This document shows positions 22,646-33,115 of a stretch of DNA of 35,706 nucleotides, piece by piece. The number at the start of each line of letters is the position of its first letter. The first letter of the stretch is position 1. Origin of the DNA: Octopus bimaculoides. Taxonomy: Eukaryota. The notes beneath the pieces were generated by a model, which saw only the letters and a program-made list of their open reading frames with translations, searched no databases and was not told the origin of the DNA. The stretch spans positions 137,099,709 to 137,135,414 of the forward strand of contig NC_068982.1 of the NCBI RefSeq assembly GCF_001194135.2, given 5' to 3'. The position numbers and the translations under genes are program-made.

Positions 22646-23461
22646 TATATATATATATACGATGGGCTTCTTTCAGTTTCCATCTACCAAATCCACTCAC
22701 AAGGCTTTGGTCAGCCCGAGGCTATAGTAAAAGACACTTGCTCAAGGTGCCACGCAGTGGGACTGGACCCAGAACCATGTGGTTGGTAAACAAGCTACTT
22801 ACCACACAGCCACTCTTGCGCCTATATATTCATTTTATTCTTTTTACTTGTTTCGGTCATTTGACTGTAACCATACTGGAGCACTGCCTAGAAGAGTCTT
22901 AGTCAAACAAATCGACCACGGTACTTATTTTTTATTAAGCCTGGCACCTATTCTATCGGTCTCTTTTGCTAATCATCATCATTTAACAGCCATGTTCCAT
23001 GCTGGCATGGGTTGGATGGTTTAACAAGATCTTTTGTGCGCAAGGACACACACTGACACACAAACACCCCATATGTACATGTGAAGGCACGTGGCTTAGA
23101 AGTTAGGGTGTTGCGATTGTGAGGTTACTGACTGAAGCAAGTAAAAGATAAGAGATACAACAAGTATGCAGAGAAGGTACGCTCAGTCTGGCTAGACACT
23201 TTAATGTGCTCTACATATGGCTGATTTAGAAAATCATTAACCATAAACAAATTTTAAAAGATATAACAAGTAGACACTTTCATGATAGAAAGAAATAGTA
23301 AGATATGGTTCAATAGATGTGAATAAAAAATGAAAAACACACTTCAGATAACAAAGAGTATTCAAAGATACTAGAAGGACTCTACTAATAAAACAAGTGT
23401 ATGTTTTGAATTCTGAATGACACAGAAATGATAAATAGAAAATAGTTATTTTGATCGTATA

Positions 23462-24485
23462 GTGCTCGTGAGCGAACAGTCATGCTACATGGAATTGAAA
23501 TGTGGGCTGTAAATGCAGAGGACATGTGAAGGTTTGAAAGAAATGAAGTTAGTTAGCTCAACTACATGTGCAATATCAGGGTGACATGCAAAGGTAGTAA
23601 GCTGGCAGAAACGTGAGCACACTGGGCAAAATTCTTAGTGGTGTTTCGTCTGTCTTTACGTTCTGAGTTCAAATTCCACTAAGGCAAACTTTGCCTTTCA
23701 TCCTTTCGGGGTCAATTAAATAAGTACCAGTTACGCACTGGGGTTGATATAATCGACTTAATCCCTCTGTCTGTCCTTGTTTGTCCCCTCTATGTTTGGC
23801 CCCTTGTGGGCAATAAAGAATTAAGAAACATTAGCACGCCGGGCGAAATGCTTAGCAGTATTTCGTCTGTCTTTACGTTCTGAGTTCAAATTCCGCCACG
23901 GTCGACTTTGCCTTTCATCCTTTCGGGGTCAATAAATTAAGTACCATTTAATTAACTGGGGTCGATCTAATCGACTGGCCCCTTCCACAAAAATGTTGGG
24001 CCTTGGGCCTAGAGTAGAAATGGATATCAGTGTCACATGTGACAGGGTGTAAATGTCTTAAGAGGAAAAACTGGGTGTAAGAGACATCAGATGAAGGGAG
24101 CAAGAGAGAAGACTGCACTGGTAAGATCATGTGATGCATAGGGATGAGGACAGCTGCATAAAGAAGTACCAATCTCTAACTGTAGAGGGAACCTGTGGAA
24201 GGGGTAGACCCAGAAACAAATGGAACATAGTGGTAAAACTTAATATTCAGATGTTGAGTCTCATGGAGGTGGTGCTTGAGAAGATATGTCAAGCTAAAAA
24301 GTGAAATTCTAGTCAATGCCTGAGCCAATGATACACAAGAGGCACCCGTGTCAGTGGCGCATGCACTCTGTAAAGTGGCTGGTGTTAGGAAGGGCATCCA
24401 GCTGTAGAAACCTAACCAAAACAAAAGAGTGGAGCCTAGTGCAGCTCTCTGTCTAACCAATGCCAGTATGGAAAGCAGACGTTAA

Positions 24486-24530
<45 letters not shown>
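23462..24530 (+). mobile_element. Second decayed RTE-clade LINE C-terminal region plus 3' UTR, interrupted by an X-Y SINE dimer (23589-24023)
   Basis: RTVMLHGIEMWAVNAEDM*RFERNEV then, after the insert, EKLGVRDIR*REQERRLHW*DHVMHRDEDSCIKKYQSLTVEGTCGRGRPRNKWNIVVK. This continues into gtgcttgagaag...gttaggaagggcatccagc...(GAT)n. Confidence 0.85.
23589..24023 (+). mobile_element. X-Y SINE dimer inserted in an RTE ORF
   Basis: 16-bp TSD ATATCAG(G/T)GT(G/C)ACATG at 23573-23588 and 24024-24039; junction aaagaattaagaaacattagcac at ~23815-23837. Confidence 0.88.
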
Positions 24531-24531
<1 letters not shown>

Positions 24532-24650
24532 CGACGACGGCGGCGGTGGCGATGGCGGTGGTGGTGATGACAATGGTGGTGGTGGTGGTGGTGATGTTGG
24601 TAATGGTGATGAAGATGACAGTGATGATGATGATGATGATGATGATGATT
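24486..24650 (+). repeat. Compound triplet repeat (GAT/GAC/GGC/GGT)
   Basis: Starts as the (GAT)n tail of the RTE copy and drifts through related triplets. Confidence 0.9.
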
Positions 24651-24921
24651 ACTAGATAATACTTTCTGTGTAAAAAAAACCCACCCAACTGATGATACTA
24701 TGCTATAATAAAATCCATTACAATAATCCATGATTGCATATATATCCATATATAAATCCATAATTGTATATATATTGCAGAACATCAGTTGTGTTTCCAG
24801 AATGTGTGGGCTTGCATCACACTGACAGTCTTTGTGTTATTCTATCCAAATTACCAATATTTACATGCTACTATTTATAGCTGTATCTGCTCTAAGTTTC
24901 AGCATTCCAAAACAGAATTAT

Positions 24922-24988
<67 letters not shown>

Positions 24989-25319
24989 CATCTTCATCGC
25001 CATCATTGTTTAAAGTCTGTTTTCCATGCTGGCATGGGTTGGACAGTTTGACTGAGGTCTGGAAAGCCAGCAGCTGCACCAGGCTCCAATCTGATCTGGT
25101 AAGGTTTCTACAGCGGGATGCCCTTCCTAATGCCAACTACTCCAAGAGNNNNNNNNNNNNNNNNNNNNNNNNNNNNNNNNNNNNNNNNNNNNNNNNNNNN
25201 NNNNNNNNNNNNNNNNNNNNNNNNNNNNNNNNNNNNNNNNNNNNNNNNNNNNNNNNNNNNNNNNNNNNNNNNNNNNNNNNNNNNNNNNNNNNNNNNNNNN
25301 NNNNNNNNNNNNNNNNNNN

Positions 25320-25365
<46 letters not shown>

Positions 25366-25447
25366 TACATATACATACATACACACAATCACACACACAC
25401 ACACATACACACATATATATATGGTATGTTCACATGTATTTATGGTG

Positions 25448-25705
25448 TGTACAAGTACATATGGCTCAGTGGTTAGAGCATCGGGCTTACAATCAATAGG
25501 TAGTGAGTTCAAATCTTGGACCAGGCTGTGTGTTGTGTTCTTGAGTAAAACACTTTGGTTCACTCAGCTGTAGAAATGAGTTGTGACATCATTGGTGCCA
25601 AATTGCATCGGCCTTTGCTGTTCCCTTGGATAACATCAGAAGCACGGAGAAGGGAAGCTGGTAATGCATGGGCAACTGCTAGTCTTCCATAAACAACCTT
25701 GCAAT
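25448..25705 (+). mobile_element. tRNA-derived SINE (tggctcagtggttagagc head, gagttcaaatc B-box)
   Basis: Pol III boxes followed by gttgtgttcttgag.aaaacactt, shared with remnants at ~2110-2400 (+) and ~28780-28975 (-). Confidence 0.65.
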
Positions 25706-25894
25706 CTCATGGTCATTCATGACCAAAGGAGGTTTTTACCCTGTATGGTGTGTTCATTCTCCATGACAAAATACAGTGAATGGATTTCTTACAAGTTTGA
25801 ATATGCCTGAAGCATATTTGAACTGATACACACACACATAGATACATGCATACATACATTCATACATACATACATACATACATACATACATACA

Positions 25895-26330
25895 TACATG
25901 ATGATGGCCGTCCACTCGTGACCGAGGAAGACCATTGCCGACCTTCAGGAACATTGTGTGCTCTAGGACTAACTTATATTTTGCATTTGCAGCTCCATTG
26001 GTGGCTAATGAGCCCTGCTCTTGACAAGCATACATGACTGCAAACATACATACATACATACATTCTAATAAGGTGTCCAGTCCAACGTAACTGGTGCTTG
26101 TGTACCATTGCCTCAATACTCAAGATATCAGCTGTCCTCAAGACCTGTGTGTCTGGAATTTTTGAGGTCCAGCCAACATTGAGAATGTGTCTGAGACATC
26201 TCTGATAAAAGCGTTCAAGGACCCTTACCTGACGTTTGTACAGAGTCCATATCTCACATGAGTAGAGGAGCAATGTCAGTACACATGCATGGTACACAGC
26301 AACTTTTGTTTGCCTTGAATACAAGCCTAA
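25895..26330 (-). mobile_element. RTE/BovB-type LINE 3' fragment, internally deleted
   Basis: ORF 25974..26441 contains TKVAVYHACVLTLLLYSCEIWTLYKRQVRVLERFYQRCLRHILNVGWTSKIPDTQVLRTADILSIEAMVHKHQLRWTGHLIRM (post-RT region of BovB-like RTEs). It continues into CSHVCLSRAGLISHQ (C-terminal Cys/His motif) and ends in a short 3' UTR with a CAT-repeat tail near 25897. Confidence 0.88.
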
Positions 26331-26743
26331 TGAAGTCACATGATTCTGTTGCAACATAACATCAGATGAAAGGATGAGCCTATATGAGCAGAAGACTATG
26401 CATGTATATGTTAGTAGAAAGCTCTGTGAAGATAGTAACATCGATCATCAAAGCAGTTTATCATGGACGAATAGCCGGATTACTACCTCCCACTTTGAAG
26501 GGTATGCATTTGCAATCCAGGAATAGGAAATATCAACCAAGTAAAATTATTGGATATACCAATGTACAAATTAAATGCATTCCTGGGGCTGGTATGCAAA
26601 TATTAAAGATTTGTAGGCACGTGGAATTTTGTACCAGTCCCAGAAATGTATTTAATATGTAAATTGGTATATTCAATAACTTTACACTGTTGTATGCAGT
26701 GGCTATATAAACAATGTGTTCGGAGGAAAAAGTAGTTAGATAA

Positions 26744-26785
26744 GTACTGATGAAGGTACAAAAACCCCCGAAATATAGTATATAC
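26744..26785 (+). ncRNA. Minimal type I hammerhead ribozyme-like motif
   Basis: GTA-CTGATGA-A-GG-TACAAAAACCC-CC-GAA-ATA-TAG-TAT-A|TAC. Stem I GTA/TAC, stem II only 2 bp, stem III ATA/TAT, AUA triplet with a putative cut after 26782. Confidence 0.5.
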
Positions 26786-27362
26786 ACTCATTACCCATTT
26801 TTGTCTCTGATCTCATTGTTTCTTTACATCTGCAGTCTCAATATGAAACACTGTAGCAAAAAATCAGTGCTGGCTATTATTTCTGTAAAAATAACCTTAA
26901 CTAAATTATCATAAATATATTTAAATAAGTTGAAATAAATGTTCCTGACTTGTTGGAATTGACTTTTATTGAATTTTATATATTCAAATGTGATGAAAAG
27001 GAAACTATGTTTATCACCCAGACGTTTCACAGTTACATTTTAAATGTTCATAGGTTTAATTGACGTGCAATATATAAATATTTTCAAAGAATTCCTCAGT
27101 GGAGAAAGCTTTGTATCGGTTTGAATATATTCATTTTAGCACTAATGGATTCTCAGTCAATTACGATAATGTGCATTCACTTGTGATCAAGAGAACGTCT
27201 GACTTGTCAAATTAATGAGTAAATGGCAGAGTATTCCACAGATATATACACCATTAATGTAACTTAAAATATAATTAACGCAATTTATTAATTGACTCTG
27301 TGATGAGACTGGACATTTGAACTACAGGTACACTTCGTCTGATGAGCTTTCACAAAGTTTCT

Positions 27363-27589
27363 TATTTCTTTATTGCCCACAAGGGGCTACACACAGAGGG
27401 GACTAACAAGGACAGACAAATGGATTAAGTCAAATATATCAACCCCAGTGCATAACTGGTACTTATTTAATCGACCCCGAAAGGATGAAAGGCAAAGTCG
27501 ACCTTGGCGGAATTTGAAGTCAGAATGTAGCGGCAGACGAAATACCACTAAGCATTTCGCCTTGCGTGCTAACGTTTCTGCCAGCTCGC
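27363..27589 (-). mobile_element. X SINE monomer next to an OR2-like head
   Basis: 10-bp TSD CAAAGTTTCT at 27353-27362 and 27590-27599. Confidence 0.85.
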
Positions 27590-28254
27590 CAAAGTTTCTG
27601 TCTACCTAATTCCACTTATAAGGCCTGGAGCCATCTGAGACTATGGTAAAGACACTTGTACTAAGACACCAAAAAGAGGGATCGACCCCACAGTCTCATG
27701 ATTGTAAAGTAAAGTGCTTAACCATTCAGCCACATCTACTTCCAACTTCTTTCTTTGTAACAATACTATGTTTCCACAAAAGTACACTAGACATATTGTT
27801 GCTATAAGCTGTATAGGAATGTTGCTGTATCATCACACCTTTGATCAAATATATTCTAAATGGTATCGATTATAGCAAAAACGAGTTCCACTTGAAAAGA
27901 ATGCAAGATGAGAGTGACTTCTGCTTTTGTGAGGCATCAACCATTTAACCAAAAGATTATCCTCCTCTTCCTCATTATCATCATCATCATCGCTGTTTTA
28001 ATGTCCACTTTTCCATGCTTGCATGGTTTGCACAGAATTTCACAGAATTTCTTGAGGCAGGTTTTCTAGTCAGATGCCCTTCCTGTCACCACCCCTCAAC
28101 TCTCTCTAAGCAAGGTAGTATTTCCCTATGACCAGACATGTTTTCATGGGAGATTGGAAACCAGAGAACACTGCTTGCAAGATGGTGGCACTTGCTTACA
28201 TCTATCATGCAATGCCAAGGCAAGGAGACAGTAACACACACACACATATGTCTT

Positions 28255-28690
28255 TTCTCTTTCATCTTTTACTTGTTTCAGTCATTAGACTGCGGCCATA
28301 CTGGGGCACCACCTTGAAGAATTTTTAGTCGAGTGAATCAGCCCTAATACTTTCCTTTTAAGCCTGGTACTTATTCTATCAGTGTCTTTTGCCAAACCAC
28401 TATGTTATGGGGACATAAAAGCACCAACACCAGTTGTGAAACAGTGGTGGGAGACAAACACGTACACAAAGACACACACACACAAATACACACACACAGA
28501 CACACACACACACACACGCATGCACACATGACAGGCTTCTTTCAGTTTCTGATTATTAAATCCATTCACAAGGCTTTGGTCAACCCGAAGATATAGTAGA
28601 AGACACTTGCCCAAGATGTCAGGCAGTTGGAATGAACCTGGAACCATGTGGTTGGGAAGTAAGCTTCTTACCAACAGCCACTCCTGCGCC
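28255..28690 (-). mobile_element. OR2-like CORE-type tRNA SINE, near full length, with internal (CA)n
   Basis: Minus strand: tRNA-like head (ggtaagaagcttacttcccaaccacatggttccaggttcattcc), CORE-like cttgggcaagtgtcttctactata, central microsatellite, tail ...atgactgaaacaagtaaaaga. CORE-SINEs are known from octopus (OR2); the exact family name is not verified. Confidence 0.8.
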
Positions 28691-29764
28691 TGTGTATATA
28701 TATATATTTTCAGTGTTGACCAGAATACTGGACGTTGTTATACATTGCTGGTCACAATGTATTTTGCATCGCTTTAGCTTTTGAATGATACCACCCCACT
28801 GGATAACCAAGCAGGCCAACATTCCCCACCCTGATCAGAAGACTATTCTGTGACAGGGTTACTCATTTACTGTCGAGTAGATTGGAACAACATGAAACAA
28901 AGTGTTTTCCCAAGAACAGTTTTGGAATCAAACCCATGATCTAGCAATCATAAGTACAACACCCTAACCACTAGCCACATGCACATACACACAATGGGCT
29001 TCTTTCAGTTTCTGTCTGCCAAACTCACGCATAAAGTTTCGGTCAAACCAAAGCTACAGTTGAAGATACTTGCCCAAAATGCCACACACTGTAGTATTGA
29101 ACTTGATACCAGGTAATTTGGAAGTAAATTTCCTACTTTGTAGCCACACCTGCATGTATAATGGTTCACATAAATTCACAGATTCTGTGTTGTTCTCCTG
29201 ACAGTAATAGACCTGTCCACAATTCTTATTATCATTTTTGTTTAGTCCAAACAACAATGTTAGTGCTCATATTGCCTGCAGGCCCTTTTAGCAGAAGTTA
29301 TATAAGAGCTGATGTCAGAGATGTAGTTTTTATATAACGTTTTATTTCCATTAATATTTTTACTAAAGAACTAAAGAATAACAGCTCTCGGGTAAATGCT
29401 CAATGGATCGATAAATAAGATTACAGTGCAGTTAAGATAAATGAACAACGTTTCACAGTGTAATATAAAATAAAACGATTTAAACATTCTTTGTAAGGAA
29501 AATGAATTTGTATCAACATGAATGTCTGCTTCATAGAGTGAGTATATTTTTGAGGAAAAATACTATTTAGCTGTAATGTTGGTGGCTGAGCTAGCCTAAC
29601 CTACGCCAGGCAGCATGGTTTTTTTATAGTGTCACTCAACTTACATGTTATCTCAACTACAAGATGCAGCAATCTGATTAACAATCGTTTTTTACCAAAA
29701 ATTTGTTATTACAAATAAACTTGGTTTTGTTTACATCATAGCCTTGGGTAATATTCAGTGTGAC

Positions 29765-29974
29765 GAAGGTGCGAGCTAGCAGAAATCGTTAGCATGCTAG
29801 GCGAAATGCTTAGCAGTATTTTGTCTGTCTACATTCTGACTTCAAATTCTGCCAAGGTCAACAATGCCTTTCCTTTCGGGGTCGATAAATTAAGTACCAG
29901 TTGCGTACTAGGGTCGATCTAATCGACTGGCCACCTCCCCAAAAATTTCAGGCTTTGTGCCTAGAGTAGAAAAG
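29765..29974 (+). mobile_element. Y-tail tRNA-derived SINE monomer
   Basis: Perfect 15-bp TSD AATATTCAGTGTGAC at 29750-29764 and 29975-29989. Other Y copies: 33125-33336 (-) and decayed remnants at ~16120-16490 (+). Confidence 0.88.
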
Positions 29975-30154
29975 AATATTCAGTGTGACATCCTACCAAA
30001 GCACATCTGTGAAATTACTGCTGCATGGATTATCCAGGAACAAGGTATTTGTTGAGCTCAGTTTTATGATTAGTTCCAACACCAACAGAGTCAATACTTT
30101 CACCAAATTTGAAACAAACAACTCAGCCTTCTATATATTTCCACATTATTCGAC

Positions 30155-30720
30155 GACTGACACCCATGCCAACCTCTCCTTCATCGGACACTAAACTCTG
30201 CTTGCAAAGACCTGTTGAGGCAAGTGAAATCGAAATCGTAATTGAACCATATTTGATGACTGGCACCTGTGCTAGTGGAGCACTAACAGCACTGTCCGCA
30301 CGTGATTATTGCCAGAGCAGCTGTCTGGCTTTCATCCCAGTTGCCCATAAATAGCACCATTTGAGCATGATTGTTACCAGCGTCGCCTTACTGGCACTTG
30401 TGCTAGTGGCACGTTAGAAAATCATTTGAGCGAGGTCATTGCCAGTGACGCTGGACTGGCTCCTGTGCAGATGGCACGTAAAAAACACCATTTTGAACAT
30501 GGCCATTGCCAGTACCGTGTGACTGGCCCACGTGCCAGTGGCACATAAAAGCATCCACTACACTCTCGGAGTGGTTGGCGTTAGGAAGGGCATCCAGCTG
30601 TAGAAACTCTGCCAGATCAGATTGGAGCCTGGTGCAGCCATCCGGTTCGCCAGTCCTCAGTCAAATCGTCCAACCCATGCTAGCAAAGAAAGCGGACGTT
30701 AAACAATGATGATGATGATG
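30155..30720 (+). mobile_element. RTE 3'-end copy with modules and (GAT)n tail
   Basis: Same sequence family as 2755-3030, 5216-5895 and 19925-20495; ends gcggacgttaaacaatgatgatgatgatg. Confidence 0.85.
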
Positions 30721-31373
30721 AAATACGTAATGTAGTGAGGTATAGTTAACTTCTATACAAAATTTATGACACACTGGTATCCTATTCAAACGATGATGTA
30801 GTCAAATTATTTCTTTGATAGTTAGATTTCAAAGTTATCTATGATAAAATATAAGGAGAACACTACAGAGAAATTATAATATTTATAGTCTATTTCAAGT
30901 CTATTAGAGAAAGAAACATTCGTTAAATCAGTAATGATGAATAATGACATTAATGATATACTAAATACTGGTTTAAATAGTCAGTGATTAACATTTTCAT
31001 TTGTTCATGATTTAGCTTGTTTAATTTGCATAAATTTGAATTTGAGTGATATTCTTTCAGAATTTTATGTTTCCATTTAAAAGAGTAAATTTTCATAATA
31101 TATCATATCAATATGATAAAATTGCATGACTGAATCAATAAGATGTTTGCTTTGAATCATGAGACCTTAGGTTCAGTCCCTTGTGTGGCATTTAGGCGAG
31201 TGTCATTTAAAAAATTTTTTATTACTTCACATCAACCCATATTTTGTCAGTAAGACTGGGTTGATGGGAACTGTACAGAACGACACCATCAGAATGACTC
31301 ATGCTGTGTCAGGGTGATTCCACTTATATATATACATATACCTATATACGTATACATATGCATATATATATAC

Positions 31374-31436
<63 letters not shown>

Positions 31437-31552
31437 NNNNNNNNNNCCTAGGGGTCAGCCACACTTAAGTGGCAATATACTACACTATATATATATATAT
31501 ATATATATATAATTTGAAGAATTATTGGTAAAGATTTATTTCACTTAATGTT

Positions 31553-31573
31553 TGTTTACATTGCCATGGCAAC
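31553..31573. promoter_or_regulatory. Candidate forkhead site abutting an RFX X-box
   Basis: TGTTTAC (31553-31559) directly followed by ATTGCCATGGCAAC (31560-31573), a 13/14 match to GTTGCCATGGCAAC, in non-repeat DNA. Motif match only. Confidence 0.35.
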
Positions 31574-32054
31574 TAAATTTATGATTAAAAGCTTGCAGCT
31601 GAAGTAGATAGATTATCCTATGACAAAGAAAATTTCGTTAAGTAAGAGTCATTGAAATATTTCAATAAAGAAATTAGAGTTTATGAAAAGTAAATTACTA
31701 GTTATAATAAACATTTATAGCACTTTTCACTTCTTCCCATTTATCACCAACAAGCAACCAAGACATCTCACTTTAATTCTACACAGACACCATGGTAGTG
31801 ACAGCAGAAATATCTTCCAATGGGGTCATGTCAATCTTGCTTCCTTTAATAGCTAAAAGCACAATCATGGCACATTATCAAGAAAAACACCTAACAAACC
31901 CCACATTCCACCTTAAATATGAGCATCACACAGCTTAAACTCATGAGCACTTCAAATGTTGCCAACTCTCTTTGCCTTTTCTACTTCTATTACAACATTT
32001 CTTCAGGGCTGGCTAAACTTGTGCACCTCTCCTCAAACACTCTCAACTCAATTC

Positions 32055-32103
<49 letters not shown>

Positions 32104-32334
32104 TAATAATAATAATGATAATAATAATAATGATCTGAAAGAGTTTTCTACAGCTGGATGCCCTTCCAAGTGGTTGGCGTTAGGGAGGGCATCCAGCTGT
32201 AGAAACTCTGCCAGATCAGATTGGAGCCTGGTGCAGCCATCTGGCTCGCCAGTCCTCAGTCAAACCGTCCAACCCATGCCAGCATGGAAAGCAGACGTTA
32301 AACGGTGATGATGATGATGAATAATGAAATTATT

Positions 32335-32645
32335 GTGTATAGTGCTCAGGTGCACTACAACTCATCAAAGGTGCATGTACAGTACATAGAATTATGTACA
32401 AACGTCAGGAGAGTGAACAGTGCATGAGCCATGATATACACGTGCACATGTATATGGAGTGGGGTGGGGGATATCAGGTGTAATGTTCTGGAAGCATGGA
32501 GGTTCTAAAGGATGCAATGTCTCAGCAGCTATCAACTGATGCAGGTAGTTTGTTCCATGCTTCAGCAACTCTGAGTGTGAAAAAATGTTTCTGAAAGTCA
32601 TGGGAGCTGTGCTATTTTCTGATTTCGTAGGCCTGCCCATGTGTG
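32335..32645 (-). mobile_element. CR1-like LINE 3' end
   Basis: A minus-strand frame reads HDFQKHFFTLRVAEAWNKLPASVDSC*DIASFRTS, matching the CR1/L2-type C-terminal FF+.RV...WN.LP..V motif. Confidence 0.7.
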
Positions 32646-32724
32646 TTTAACACCTCATCACCATACTTTAACCAACCTCTCCAATCCCTAAACAAACCAT
32701 GACACAAAGACCTTTTTTTCTATA

Positions 32725-33115
32725 GGCACATGTGTGGCTGTATGGTAAGAAGCTTCCTTTCCAACCACATCATTCTGGGTTCAGACCCACTGCACGGCAT
32801 CTTGAGCAACCTTGAGAGCCAAAGCCTTGTGAGTGGATCTGGCAAACAGAAACTGAAAGAAGCCCATTGTGTATGTGTGTGTGTGTGTTTGTGTGTTTGT
32901 ATGTGTGTCTATGTTTGTCTCCCACCCCCACTTGACAACCAATGTTGGTGCATTTACATCCCCGTAGCTTAGCAGTTTGGCAAAAGAGACCAATAGAATA
33001 AGTACCAAGTTTTAAAAAAAAAAGAAGAATTGGAGACATTGCATTCAACTAAAATTCTTCAAGAAGGTGCCCCAGTATGGCCACAGTCTAATGACTAAAG
33101 TAAAAAGACAAAAGC
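32725..33115 (+). mobile_element. OR2-like SINE, near full length
   Basis: Same architecture on the plus strand. Partial copies: 580-812 (+), 5928-6140 (-), 11291-11432 (-), 11735-12130 (+), 12160-12295 (-), 12383-12590 (+), 13850-14000 (-), 21960-22200 (-), 22660-22822 (-), 27600-27740 (-), 28985-29175 (-). Confidence 0.8.

Noticed and set aside
24453-24785. His/Arg-rich 110-aa ORF resembling a metal-binding protein
   Set aside because: It is the antisense reading of the triplet-repeat tail of an RTE copy.
27335-27362. CTGATGAG followed by a small stem
   Set aside because: No GAAA box follows, even after removing the SINE insertion.
31447-31490. Short hairpin GCCAC-ACTTAA-GTGGC between (TA)n tracts
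   Set aside because: It could be the end of a TA-targeting element, but it abuts an N-gap, so it cannot be evaluated.
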